DNA from: an uncultured Dorea sp.
Lineage (GTDB): Bacteria; Bacillota; Clostridia; Lachnospirales; Lachnospiraceae
Reading direction: 5' to 3'
DNA: 64,000 nt
Assembly: GCA_900550865.1 (NCBI GenBank)
Contig: URTM01000014.1
Span: 1,400-65,399, forward strand
Shown here: one piece after another, positions 30,300-40,708 of the stretch
Layout of the letters: each line of letters opens with the position of its first letter
Numbering within the stretch: position 1 is the stretch's first letter
Notes under the pieces: model-generated
Told to the model about the DNA's origin: nothing
The model's database searches: none
The model's input: the letters and a program-made list of their open reading frames with translations, nothing else
Made by a program: the position numbers and the translations under genes

Positions 30300-31385
30300 C
30301 TATACATGGAATAACTTCAGAAGATCTTCTTCCTTTAAATCTGTTCCAATTACACAGATACGTCCTGTGTAGTCCGGCTGACCTTCTCTTACTTCGTATT
30401 CTTCCGGTACTAAGTCGAACTGCTTCCATGATCCGTCTGTCATCTGGATGATACCTTTTGAACGAAGGATTGTTCCGTAAGAAGTTGTCTCTGACAGTGC
30501 CTTCAGCAGATAATCCAGTTCTTCTTCGGTATATTTATGAACAGTCTCTTTGCCCCAGCTTGTAAATACATCATCTGCATGATGATGGTGGTGATGATCA
30601 TGGTCATGTCCACAGCAGCAGTCATGATCATGGTGATCGTGATCGTGGTCATGATGGTCGTGGTCGCAGTGATCATGATCGTGGTCATGATGGTCGTGGT
30701 CGCAGTGATCATGATCGTGGTCGTGATGATCGTGATCGCAGTGATCATGGTCGTGATCCTCATGATCTTCAAACAGGCTCTCAATCTCTGCTCCCTTTGT
30801 CAGTGCATGGCTGATTGCCTCTTTGCCAAGCTCATCCCATGGTGTAGAGATGATCGTTGCTTCTGCATTCTCTTCACGAAGTGTGTGTACGCACTCTTCT
30901 ACCTTTTCATCTGTCATCATCTGTGTACGGCTCACAACGATTGTAGATGCATGTTCTACCTGATCTTTAAAGAATTCTCCAAAGTTCTTCATGTACATCT
31001 TCGCTTTTTTACCATCTACAACTGTGATTCTTCCATCGATCTCGATGTCTGCATCTTTCTCTACAGCCTCGATTGCTCTTGCTACGTCGGATAATTTACC
31101 AACTCCTGACGGCTCAATGATGACACGGTCCGGATGATACTCATCTAATACTTTTACCAGTGCTTTGCTGAAGTCACCAACCAGTGTACAGCAGATACAT
31201 CCTGAGTTCATCTCTGTGATCTCGATTCCTGCATCTTTCAGAAATCCACCATCGATACCGATCTCACCAAATTCATTTTCGATCAGCACAAGTTTCTCGC
31301 CTGCCCATACGTCACTGAGCAGCTTTTTGATAAATGTAGTTTTTCCTGCTCCGAGGAATCCGGAAATAATGTCTACTTTTGTCAT
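30300..31385 (-). CDS. COG0523/CobW-family metallochaperone GTPase with His-rich linker
   Basis: GFLGAGKTT, NEFGEIGIDG, GCICC, IEPSG; poly-His/Asp/Cys insert. Confidence 0.9.
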   Translation of the reverse strand: MTKVDIISGFLGAGKTTFIKKLLSDVWAGEKLVLIENEFGEIGIDGGFLKDAGIEITEMNSGCICCTLVGDFSKALVKVLDEYHPDRVIIEPSGVGKLSDVARAIEAVEKDADIEIDGRITVVDGKKAKMYMKNFGEFFKDQVEHASTIVVSRTQMMTDEKVEECVHTLREENAEATIISTPWDELGKEAISHALTKGAEIESLFEDHEDHDHDHCDHDHHDHDHDHCDHDHHDHDHDHCDHDHHDHDHDHHDHDCCCGHDHDHHHHHHADDVFTSWGKETVHKYTEEELDYLLKALSETTSYGTILRSKGIIQMTDGSWKQFDLVPEEYEVREGQPDYTGRICVIGTDLKEEDLLKLFHV

Positions 31386-31566
31386 GTTTATTGCCTCTTT
31401 TCTATCTATTTTCAAAAATTAATAAAAGTCCCGACACATATATTATCACAAACAGCGGGTGGTTGCCAGTCCCCCAATTCTTATATTTTTCTCAACTTTT
31501 TATAAATTTAGCCTTCTCTCTCATTTTTCCGCATCATGAACACCTTCTCTTGCATACTTTTGTATC

Positions 31567-31613
31567 AAAAAAACGATATCTGTACACCTTATTCTGGTAC
31601 AGATATCGTTTTT
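31567..31613 (-). terminator. Terminator after hppA
   Basis: AAAACGATATCTGTAC...GTACAGATATCGTTTT. Confidence 0.75.
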
Positions 31614-31638
31614 CATTTTCAAGCTTTTTATAATCTAA

Positions 31639-33621
31639 TTATAACAATCCGCCGATTGACAAGAACAATGGTGCGAACACCAGTGATACAACTGTCATCA
31701 GTTTGATCAGGATGTTGATAGAAGGTCCTGATGTATCTTTGAACGGATCACCAACAGTATCTCCGACTACGGCTGCTTTGTGAGCTTCGCTTCCTTTTCC
31801 ACCGTGGTTTCCATCTTCAATATATTTCTTAGCGTTATCCCATGCTCCACCTGCATTAGACATGAAGATTGCCATCATAACACCTGTTATGAGTGCTCCT
31901 GCAAGAAGTCCGCCAAGTGCAGAAGGTCCAAGAAGGATTCCGACTACCAGTGGTGCAAGCACTGCCATAACACCAGGGACCAGCATCTCTTTTAATGCTG
32001 CTGTTGTTGAGATTGCAACGCATGATTTGTAATCTGGTTTTTCTGTACCCTTCATGATTCCAGGCATTGTCTTGAACTGACGTCTTACTTCTTCGATCAT
32101 CTGGTATGCCGCTCTTGATACAGATGACATTGTCATAGCTGAGAATAAGAATGGAAGCATTCCACCGATCAGCATTCCGATGATAACACGTGAATCAAGG
32201 ATATCAATTGTCTTAAGATGTACTGCTTCTGCGTAAGATACGAACAGAGCAAGTGCTGTCAGAGCTGCAGATCCGATAGCGAAACCTTTACCCATAGCTG
32301 CTGTTGTGTTACCAACGGCATCCAGTTTGTCAGTGATCTGACGAACGTGTGGATCAAGTTCAGACATCTCTGCAATACCACCGGCATTGTCAGCGATCGG
32401 TCCGTAAGCATCTACGGCTACCGTAATAGCTGTTGTAGAAAGCATTCCTACAGCGGCAAGTGCGATACCGTAAAGTCCGCATGTCTGGTATGCAATGAAG
32501 ATACCAACACAGATCAGAAGGATCGGGATTGCTGTAGACTTCATACCTACTGCAAGACCACTGATGATGGTTGTTGCAGATCCTGTCTCTGACTGCTCTG
32601 CGATTTCTTTTACTGATTTGTAATCTCCTGATGTATATACTTCTGTGATGATACCGATCAGAAGTCCTACGATCAGACCAGCTACGATAGCGATCGCTGC
32701 TTTGAAATCTCCGAAGAATACTTTACTGAGTACACAAGATACGATCAGTACCAGTGCACTTGCTACATAAGAACCAGTCTTTAATGCTTTGTGCGGATTA
32801 GAATTCTCATCACCTTTTACAAAGAATGTTCCGAGGATAGAAGCTACAAGTCCAAGTCCTGCGATCAGGAGTGGGAAGATAGCTCCCTCAGCTTTATAAT
32901 ATACGATTCCAAGTGTCAGTGCTGATACAAGTGCTCCTACATAAGACTCAAAAAGATCCGCTCCCATACCCGCAACGTCACCTACGTTATCACCTACATT
33001 ATCAGCAATAACAGCCGGATTACGCGGGTCATCTTCCGGGATACCAGCTTCTACTTTACCTACAAGGTCAGCTCCTACATCAGCAGCTTTTGTATAGATA
33101 CCACCGCCAACACGGGCAAACAGAGCGATTGAAGAAGCTCCTAAACTGAATCCAGTAATAATATCAACATTTTTGGTCAGAATGTAAATGATGCTGACAC
33201 CAAATACACCAAAACCAGCTACGCACATACCCATTACAGCTCCACCGGAGAATGCAATCGAGAGTGCTTTGTTCATTCCTTTTTCTTTTGCTGCATTCGC
33301 AGTTCTTACATTTGCCTTTGTAGCAACTTTCATCCCGCAGAAACCTGCAAGAGTTGAGAATAAAGCTCCTACTACAAAGCATACAGCAGTAATCCAGTTA
33401 CCGATTCCGAATCCGATGAGTACGAATAATACTGCAACGAAAATAACCAGAATCTTGTACTCTGCTGTCAGAAATGCCTGTGCGCCATCACTGATCGCTG
33501 CGGCGATTTCTTTCATTCTGTCGTTTCCGGCATCCTGTCTTCCTACTCTTGCTGCCAGATAAGCTGCAAAAAGCAGTCCAAGGATTCCAAATACCGGAAC
33601 GAGATGCAATAACATTTCCAT
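31639..33621 (-). CDS. hppA: Membrane-bound ion-translocating pyrophosphatase, K+-dependent (likely Na+-pumping)
   Basis: [26 protein letters not shown] (Ala marks K+-dependent enzymes), [10 protein letters not shown]. Confidence 0.93.
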   Translation of the reverse strand: MEMLLHLVPVFGILGLLFAAYLAARVGRQDAGNDRMKEIAAAISDGAQAFLTAEYKILVIFVAVLFVLIGFGIGNWITAVCFVVGALFSTLAGFCGMKVATKANVRTANAAKEKGMNKALSIAFSGGAVMGMCVAGFGVFGVSIIYILTKNVDIITGFSLGASSIALFARVGGGIYTKAADVGADLVGKVEAGIPEDDPRNPAVIADNVGDNVGDVAGMGADLFESYVGALVSALTLGIVYYKAEGAIFPLLIAGLGLVASILGTFFVKGDENSNPHKALKTGSYVASALVLIVSCVLSKVFFGDFKAAIAIVAGLIVGLLIGIITEVYTSGDYKSVKEIAEQSETGSATTIISGLAVGMKSTAIPILLICVGIFIAYQTCGLYGIALAAVGMLSTTAITVAVDAYGPIADNAGGIAEMSELDPHVRQITDKLDAVGNTTAAMGKGFAIGSAALTALALFVSYAEAVHLKTIDILDSRVIIGMLIGGMLPFLFSAMTMSSVSRAAYQMIEEVRRQFKTMPGIMKGTEKPDYKSCVAISTTAALKEMLVPGVMAVLAPLVVGILLGPSALGGLLAGALITGVMMAIFMSNAGGAWDNAKKYIEDGNHGGKGSEAHKAAVVGDTVGDPFKDTSGPSINILIKLMTVVSLVFAPLFLSIGGLL

Positions 33622-33770
33622 AATTTTTCTCCTTCCGTCCGACTTTCTCAACTTTATGCCGGACAGATGTATTTTAACATATTCTTAACTTTTAATGGCG
33701 TTATTTTTTATTTTTGTACGTTATTCCGATTATTTTCTGTATATTGTCCAAAATACCGACCGTTCATTGA

Positions 33771-34511
33771 TTATTTATAATCTATTTTTACCAATACCAA
33801 TCCATTCGGTGGTGCTGTTGCTCCTTCTGAAGTATGGACTTTGGCATCCAGAATATCCTTTACTTTTTCCGGAGTATAGAATCCCCTGCCGACCCGGATC
33901 AGAACCCCTGCGATAATACGGACCATATTGTACAGGAATCCATTTCCGGTAACACGCAGTACTATCTCATCGTCTTTCTTCTCAATCGTCAGGTCATATA
34001 CCGTTCTCACTGTATCCTGCGTATTCGTCCTGATATTACAGAAGCTTACAAAATCGTGTTCTCCGATCAGATATTCCGCGCCTTCTCTCATTGCATCTAT
34101 ATCCAGTGGAAATGATACAAATGTACAGTATCTCGTCTTTAAAGGATTCGGCATCTCTGCATTGTAGATATGATACTCATATGTTTTGGAAATATTATCC
34201 TGATATCTCGGATGCCAGTCCAATGGCACTTCATCCGACTTTACTACCACAATATCTTCCGGAAGTCTCTGGTTCAATGCATAGGCAAATCGCTCCGGTG
34301 GAATCTTAGATTCTGTATCAAAGACTGCCGCATTCCCCAACGCATGCACCCCTGAATCTGTCCGGCTTGCTCCGATGATCCGGATGTCTTCCCCCGTAAG
34401 TTTGTTCAGTGCTTTATTCAGTTTTTCTTCTATTGTGATTCCATTCGGCTGAATCTGCCAGCCGCAGTAATTTGTTCCATCATATGCTACAAATATTCTG
34501 ACTCTTTTCAT
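33771..34511 (-). CDS. truA: tRNA pseudouridine(38-40) synthase
   Basis: YDGTNYCGWQ, SRTDSGVHA, FLYNMVR; ecfAAT-truA synteny. Confidence 0.94.
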   Translation of the reverse strand: MKRVRIFVAYDGTNYCGWQIQPNGITIEEKLNKALNKLTGEDIRIIGASRTDSGVHALGNAAVFDTESKIPPERFAYALNQRLPEDIVVVKSDEVPLDWHPRYQDNISKTYEYHIYNAEMPNPLKTRYCTFVSFPLDIDAMREGAEYLIGEHDFVSFCNIRTNTQDTVRTVYDLTIEKKDDEIVLRVTGNGFLYNMVRIIAGVLIRVGRGFYTPEKVKDILDAKVHTSEGATAPPNGLVLVKIDYK

Positions 34512-34618
34512 GATGACCTCCACACAATTTGATACAATTTATTTTTTTCAAAAAAGGGACAGGACTATATAAATTTGGGACGGAGGATTTCCAGAAATCC
34601 TCCGTCCCCTTATACAAT

Positions 34619-35443
34619 TTAAAATATCCAGATATGCACAGGTACGCACCTTCCAATCGCAACCACCAAAACCACATAAACAATTACAACAATATACGCA
34701 ATTCTGTCTTCCCTACGGTATTTTAACGGCTTCATCTTCGTACGTCCCTCGCCGCCGTGGTAGCATCTTGCTTCCATCGCCATTGCAAGATCATTTGCTC
34801 TTCGGAATGCTGATACGAACAGTGGAACCAGAATCGGTATCATACTCTTCGCCTTCTGGATCATATTGCCACTTTCCAGGTCGGCGCCTCTCGCAATCTG
34901 CGCTTTCATGATCTTGTCCGTCTCTTCCAGAAGGATTGGAATAAAGCGAAGTGCGATCGACATGATCATCGCAATCTCGTGTACCGGGACATGAATCTTG
35001 TTCAGTGGTCCGAGTAATTCTTCAATTCCGTCTGTCAATTCATTCGGAGTCGTCGTAAATGTCATAAGTGACGAACCGATGATCAGGTAGATCAGGCGGA
35101 TTGCCATATATACCGCTGTCCTTAAACCGCCTGCTGTAATCGTAAAAATCCACGCATGAAACAGTACCGCCCCGTCTCTTGTCAGGAATAAGTTGAACAG
35201 CACCGTGATCATCAGAAGCATGATGACCGGTTTCAAACCTCTTACTATAAAAGAAAACGGTACTTTTGACATCTTGATAATAACGATAAGGAACAGCGTC
35301 GTCATCACGTATCCCGGAATGCTGTTGAATAAGAACAGCGAGATCAGATACAGAAGCGTTCCTACCAGTTTTACTCTCGGGTCTAATCTGTGTAACACAC
35401 TCTTTGCCGGATAATATTGTCCGATTGTTATATCTCTTATCAT
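34619..35443 (-). CDS. ecfT: ECF transporter transmembrane component
   Basis: HRLDPRVK, ALRFIP, QIARG, AMEARCY. Confidence 0.93.
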   Translation of the reverse strand: MIRDITIGQYYPAKSVLHRLDPRVKLVGTLLYLISLFLFNSIPGYVMTTLFLIVIIKMSKVPFSFIVRGLKPVIMLLMITVLFNLFLTRDGAVLFHAWIFTITAGGLRTAVYMAIRLIYLIIGSSLMTFTTTPNELTDGIEELLGPLNKIHVPVHEIAMIMSIALRFIPILLEETDKIMKAQIARGADLESGNMIQKAKSMIPILVPLFVSAFRRANDLAMAMEARCYHGGEGRTKMKPLKYRREDRIAYIVVIVYVVLVVAIGRCVPVHIWIF

Positions 35444-36303
35444 ATCTTCTTCTCCAGTGCCTGCATAATCTCATCTGCTGCTTCTTCCACAGTCGTCACA
35501 TTTACCTTGACTGGTAAACCTTTTTCTTTCAGGTCATGCATGATATACGTTACCTGAGGAGCCGCAAGCCCTATCTTTTCCAGCTCCTGATAATGCGCGA
35601 ACACTTCTTTCGGTGTACCGTTATACATCACCGATCCCTTGTTCATTACAATGATCCGGTCCGCATATCTTGCAATATCCTCCATACTATGTGACACCTG
35701 GATGACCGTCATATCACTATGCTTATGCAGGTATGCGATCTGATCCAGGATATCATCTCTTCCTTTCGGATCAAGTCCTGCCGTCGGCTCATCAAGAACC
35801 AGAACCTTCGGACGCATTGCCAGAACTCCGGCAATCGCCACTCTTCGTTTCTGTCCGCCTGAGAGTTCAAACGGAGAAGATTTGTAATATTTTTCTTTTA
35901 ATCCTACCAGTTTCAGCGCTTCCAGCGCACGTTTTTCGCACTCTTCTTTACTCAGTCCCTGGTTCTTCGGACCAAAGCACACATCTGTCAGTACATCGAT
36001 CTCGAACAGCTGATACTCCGGATACTGGAACACCAGTCCGACCTGATTACGGAGTGCACGCATATCATAGCCATTCTGGTAAATATTCTCTCCGTTATAA
36101 TATAATGCACCATCCGTTGCCTTCACCAGCCCGTTCAGATGCTGGATCAGCGTCGATTTTCCGGATCCGGTATGCCCGATAATCCCCACAAATTCTCCAT
36201 GTGGTATCTCCAGACAAATGTCCTTGAGTGCATGCTTTTCATATGCAGTCCCGGGACTGTATACATAATTCAAATGTTCTATCTTAATTGCAATGTCTGT
36301 CAT
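35440..36303 (-). CDS. ecfA2: ECF transporter ATPase A2
   Basis: GHTGSGKST, FQYPEYQLF, LSGGQKRR. Confidence 0.93.
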   Translation of the reverse strand: MTDIAIKIEHLNYVYSPGTAYEKHALKDICLEIPHGEFVGIIGHTGSGKSTLIQHLNGLVKATDGALYYNGENIYQNGYDMRALRNQVGLVFQYPEYQLFEIDVLTDVCFGPKNQGLSKEECEKRALEALKLVGLKEKYYKSSPFELSGGQKRRVAIAGVLAMRPKVLVLDEPTAGLDPKGRDDILDQIAYLHKHSDMTVIQVSHSMEDIARYADRIIVMNKGSVMYNGTPKEVFAHYQELEKIGLAAPQVTYIMHDLKEKGLPVKVNVTTVEEAADEIMQALEKKI

Positions 36304-36365
36304 TTCTTCTCACCATTTCTAACATCAAATGTTCTATTGTTGTAAATGCGTAATTGCCAGGACGT

Positions 36366-36473
36366 TTATTTCGTCAAACATTCCACTGTCTCTGTCAGTT
36401 TCTACTTTTTCAAACGTTCCACTGCTTTTGTCAGCTTCTACTTTGCCAAACGCTCCACTGCCTCTACCAATTC
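36366..36473 (-). repeat. Three tandem 36-bp degenerate copies of the ecfA1 3' end
   Basis: Stop codons at 36438, 36402 and 36366, exactly 36 nt apart, with conserved GCAGTGGARCGTTTG-like cores. Confidence 0.85.
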
Positions 36474-37292
36474 TTCTTTCCTTAGTATTCCCTTAGGAAT
36501 ATCCAGTCCGCGTTTTCTAAGTTCGTCCGCCAGAATTGTCACCTGCGGCACATCCAGCCGGTAACTTTTCAGTTCATCCACTCTGGAGAATATCTCTTTC
36601 GGAGTTCCCTCCATCACGACTTTTCCGTGATCCATTACAAAGATCTTATCCGCATCTACGACTTCTTCCATGTAGTGCGTGATCAGGATCACTGTGACAT
36701 TCTTCTGCTTTCTGAGCTTATGGACCGTCTTTAAGACTTCTCTTCTTCCAACCGGATCAAGCATTGCCGTCGGTTCATCCATAACGATGCATTTTGGTTC
36801 CATCGCTACGACTCCGGCGATCGCAACTCTCTGCTTCTGTCCTCCGGATAGCTTATTCGGAGAATGATGACGGTATTCGATCATTCCGACGGCTTTCAGG
36901 CTTTCTTCCACCCGCTGCCAGATCTCATCTGTCGGAACGCCCAGGTTTTCCGGCCCGAATCCTACATCTTCTTCTACCACAGTACCAATGATCTGGTTAT
37001 CCGGATTCTGGAATACCATTCCCGCCGACTGCCTTACGTCCCAGAGTTCTTCTGGATTACTTGTATTCTTTCCATTCACCCATACGGAACCTTCTGTCGG
37101 CACCAGAATCGCATTCAGATGCTTGGCAAGCGTTGATTTTCCGGAACCGTTATGTCCGAGAACCGCTATAAACTGTCCTTCTTTTGCTTCAATATCTACT
37201 TCATCAATAGCACGCGATGTTCCAATCACATTGCCTTCTTCATCACGTTTTTCATATTCATATACTAATTTTTCTGTCTGGATCATTTCCAT
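36438..37292 (-). CDS. ecfA1: ECF transporter ATPase A1
   Basis: [24 protein letters not shown]. Confidence 0.93.
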   Translation of the reverse strand: MEMIQTEKLVYEYEKRDEEGNVIGTSRAIDEVDIEAKEGQFIAVLGHNGSGKSTLAKHLNAILVPTEGSVWVNGKNTSNPEELWDVRQSAGMVFQNPDNQIIGTVVEEDVGFGPENLGVPTDEIWQRVEESLKAVGMIEYRHHSPNKLSGGQKQRVAIAGVVAMEPKCIVMDEPTAMLDPVGRREVLKTVHKLRKQKNVTVILITHYMEEVVDADKIFVMDHGKVVMEGTPKEIFSRVDELKSYRLDVPQVTILADELRKRGLDIPKGILRKEELVEAVERLAK

Positions 37293-37420
37293 CTGTCGTT
37301 TTCCTCCGCGTCATATGTGTTGGAAATTTGCATACAGCGATCAGAAGTATCTGATCGCTGTATTCTTGATTGCTATGATTCTGCCATCTTATACTTGTAC
37401 GGTTACGGTCTGCCGTCAGC

Positions 37421-37939
37421 TTAAGCTTTCTTCGGTTCCGGATACTCTGTTCCCATTGTATCCACAGTTACCTTCTTCATCTTCTGCTCATCCAGTGGTC
37501 TGTCGCTGTAGTCTGTATCTGTCTCAGCGATCTTATTCACAATGTCCATACCTTCTATGATCTTGCCAAATGCAGCATATGCTCCATCCAGATGTGGAGC
37601 TGCTTTATGCATGATAAAAAACTGTGAACCTGCTGAATCCGGATGCATTGCTCTTGCCATAGAAAGCACACCTTCTGTATGTGCAAGAGCATTTGCGAAA
37701 CCGTTCTGAGCGAATTCTCCTTTGATCGTATATCCCGGGCCGCCCATTCCGGTTCCGTCCGGACAACCGCCCTGGATCATGAATCCATTGATAACACGGT
37801 GGAAGATCAGTCCGTCATAATAACCTTTCTTCACCAGTGAAATGAAATTATTTACTGTATTCGGTGCAACTTCCGGATACAGCTCTGCTTTCATGATATC
37901 TCCATTTTCCATCTCAATTGTAACGATTGGATTTGCCAT
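37421..37939 (-). CDS. ppiB: Cyclophilin-type peptidyl-prolyl isomerase
   Basis: FHRVINGFMIQGG, LSMARA, GSQFFI. Confidence 0.93.
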   Translation of the reverse strand: MANPIVTIEMENGDIMKAELYPEVAPNTVNNFISLVKKGYYDGLIFHRVINGFMIQGGCPDGTGMGGPGYTIKGEFAQNGFANALAHTEGVLSMARAMHPDSAGSQFFIMHKAAPHLDGAYAAFGKIIEGMDIVNKIAETDTDYSDRPLDEQKMKKVTVDTMGTEYPEPKKA

Positions 37940-38047
37940 TCTATTTTCCTCTTTTCTTTGTTATTACAAAAGCGCCGGCAAAAACCGACGCTTTCATTTT
38001 AGCGGATAAATCGTTATCCGTAAAGACTTCCCTATGATTTTTATGGA

Positions 38048-39721
38048 TTATTCACTTTTTCCAAAATAGAATCCATCAAAATTGTACTTAAATACACGGT
38101 AAATGGATTTCTCGTAATCCATCTTATATGTTGCGATTGTCTTATGATCCGCATCATATTCCATAAATGTTCCCTTCAGTCCGGAATCCACAAGTACGTT
38201 GTCTCCGATTTCCTGTACGCTGCTGACATATCCGGAATATGGTACCTTGAACGAATCTACCAGTTCAAATGTTCCTTCATTTTCATCTACCAGATATTTA
38301 TAGTACTTGGAATTCTTTCCATCCACTGCCGAACTTACCTTAAGTCCGATGAATGACCAATCATAATCCGGTCTTGTCTCGCTGATTCCGATATTATTAT
38401 TAAACATATAGAGATAATACTGCCCGTCTGCAAGGCTTTCATCCGTCTCATATGTAATCGTATGCTGACCGCCCTGGATTGTAAAATCACCTTTTTTATT
38501 CAGTACATAACTTACATATGATGTATCTTCCCAGAAATCCTTCTCTCCGATCATATAGGCAATCGACGGTTCGTCATAAAGATTGTCCACTTTAATGATC
38601 GTAGATGTCTCTCTGGAACTCAACAGAACCGAACCATTTCCCATATACTGTATCGTATTGATATGCATCCAGTCCAGCTCGTCCGAAGAATTCTTCACAC
38701 AGGTCTTCTTATAATCACCAAACAGATCTTCCAGATCCAGCACTTCTGTCACTTCGCCGGAATTCACATCCAGCTTCAGCACGATATCTTCCACACTGTC
38801 CTGAGTGGTATCCGTTGCCAAGATCAGCATATTGCCATTCTCATCAAATACATAATCATGATGCAGGCTGTAGTTACCGAGATTATAGACATTTGTCACC
38901 TGTCCTAGACGGTTTACCTGCGCCATCTTCTTTTCAGAAATGCTGTAATACATAGAATTGTCATCAAAGATCAGTCTGTGGCTTCTGTAACCAAGAAGTG
39001 GTACCTCACCTCTTAACACACCGTTGTTATCATAATAATACATGAAGTCCATAGAGCTGCTGTCGTTTCCCAGTATCACATAAAGTCCGTCTTCCAGCTG
39101 GTCTGCACTTTGCTTCACATCTGTATCAAGCTGTACCTCTTCTTCTCCATACAGACTTCCCATTTCGTATACGATTTCCTTCGTATCGGTAGATCCGTCT
39201 TCGTTTGTCACATAAAATGTGATCGTATTCTCCGTATCCGGGATCAGACCGATCACCTGAAATTCATGTTCTGTCTGATATTCCTCATCCTGATATACAT
39301 CCCTGCTGAAATCAGAGATACTGTCATCCTTCACATGGATCGTATACGCTACTTTTACTGCTGAATCTGTCTTAAAATATACATATAGAGACTGTGTGTT
39401 GGTTCCGAATGGATTATATTCGATCAGCATATTGTTCAGATTATAATCCTGTGATTTCCTCTTTGTCTCTAATTCAGCCGCAACCTTTTCCTGCTCTTCC
39501 GCATTATAGGTCTGCTTGATCTTTTCATAGATCTTTTTCTGTTCTACATTCATTACATTTTTTTCGTTATCAGATTTCTTCTGTTCTTTTTTCCCATCTG
39601 ATTCCGAAGTTATCTCTGTCTTTGTCATGTTGTCCGCTTTCGTGTCTGCTTTTGTGCACGCTGTCAGTCCCATTGCAAGTATCATAGCTAGCATTCCTGC
39701 AGTCATGATTCGCTTTTTCAC
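38048..39721 (-). CDS. Aryl-sulfate sulfotransferase-family lipoprotein
   Basis: Lipobox LTA-C; NPFG Ig-like domain; HHD, DWMHIN, GQH and SS motifs typical of ASST beta-propellers. Confidence 0.75.
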   Translation of the reverse strand: MKKRIMTAGMLAMILAMGLTACTKADTKADNMTKTEITSESDGKKEQKKSDNEKNVMNVEQKKIYEKIKQTYNAEEQEKVAAELETKRKSQDYNLNNMLIEYNPFGTNTQSLYVYFKTDSAVKVAYTIHVKDDSISDFSRDVYQDEEYQTEHEFQVIGLIPDTENTITFYVTNEDGSTDTKEIVYEMGSLYGEEEVQLDTDVKQSADQLEDGLYVILGNDSSSMDFMYYYDNNGVLRGEVPLLGYRSHRLIFDDNSMYYSISEKKMAQVNRLGQVTNVYNLGNYSLHHDYVFDENGNMLILATDTTQDSVEDIVLKLDVNSGEVTEVLDLEDLFGDYKKTCVKNSSDELDWMHINTIQYMGNGSVLLSSRETSTIIKVDNLYDEPSIAYMIGEKDFWEDTSYVSYVLNKKGDFTIQGGQHTITYETDESLADGQYYLYMFNNNIGISETRPDYDWSFIGLKVSSAVDGKNSKYYKYLVDENEGTFELVDSFKVPYSGYVSSVQEIGDNVLVDSGLKGTFMEYDADHKTIATYKMDYEKSIYRVFKYNFDGFYFGKSE

Positions 39722-39811
39722 TTTTCCTGTCCCACCTTTTCTTTTATTTTTTCATGATTATAACAAAAAAATGTGTAAAAAACATGAAATGTGGTCATTT
39801 TTGTCTTTTTT

Positions 39812-40435
39812 CTACTTTTTCAAATCGTACACTACAATTCCGCCCTTTTCTTTGCATCCAGTTTCCCACAGTTCTTTCAGATTCAGACGGACTTTTTCCC
39901 CATAAGTAGCCACATCGATCCATGTTCCCTGCGCATCTTTTTCATATCCGACTACCAGGAACCAGTGCCAGATAAAATCTTTATATTTTTCAACATTCAA
40001 GTGTCGGAGCATCAGATAGGGAACCGGAAGGCCTTTATCAATCTGTCCGCATATGATGCGTTCTGCTTCATCTGCATCTCCTGTTCCATCGAATTTCTCC
40101 ATACGTATCTGATAATCCGTTCCACACTTCTTATTTACATCCGAAATATATTTTTCCAGCCCTTCGATGTACCACTCCGGCTTTTTTACACCCTGAACTC
40201 TCGGACGGATATATGGCTTCATGATCTGGCTGAATTTTTTATACGCTTCTTTATCCATCTGTTTCAGATCAAATGGATACAGTTCTTTCATTCCTCTGTA
40301 TTTTGCCAGGTAGATACAGCTGTCACAGGCTGTTGCCGCCCCGCACCCGCCGACGTTCATAACAATATTGGTAAACCAGTCCTGGTTTCCTCCAAATTCT
40401 CCATCGATCATAAAATAATCCAGTTCTTTTTTCAT
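39812..40435 (-). CDS. Hypothetical protein, papain/C39-like cysteine peptidase fold
   Basis: NQ...GGCGAATAC and WHWFLVVGY...ATYG resemble the Gln/Cys/His catalytic arrangement. Confidence 0.5.
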   Translation of the reverse strand: MKKELDYFMIDGEFGGNQDWFTNIVMNVGGCGAATACDSCIYLAKYRGMKELYPFDLKQMDKEAYKKFSQIMKPYIRPRVQGVKKPEWYIEGLEKYISDVNKKCGTDYQIRMEKFDGTGDADEAERIICGQIDKGLPVPYLMLRHLNVEKYKDFIWHWFLVVGYEKDAQGTWIDVATYGEKVRLNLKELWETGCKEKGGIVVYDLKK

Positions 40436-40708
40436 TTTCTGCTCACCTGTCCTGTTTTTATCTCGTTCACAATGCAGCCATTATTTTCAATTTCTGACTG
40501 CATTAACATTTTCGTCCAAATGATATTCTAACACAATTTCCCCCAATATCCATATAACTATGTCCAGTCTGTTATGATTAATCACAAATATGGAAAATAC
40601 ATAGTACAAAAAAGCGAGAACTACACACACTCTGTAATTCCCGCTTAATATATATTATGTCATTCAATCACAACATGGTATTTTTTTGATCCTGCTTTTT
40701 TATTATAA

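Noticed and set aside
30236..30307. 23-aa ORF MYRTAAVAAFIRKYARRAAGGCR overlapping the CobW stop
   Set aside because: No RBS, and the sequence is explained by the REP-like composite repeat.
30503..31094. ORFs 30503..30784 (-) and 30537..31094 (+)
   Set aside because: Alternative-frame by-products of the His-Asp codon repeat in the CobW gene.
36366..36473. 36-bp repeats as a CRISPR array or pyrrolysine recoding site
   Set aside because: Units are contiguous with no spacers, derive from the ecfA1 coding end, and no cas or pyl genes are present.
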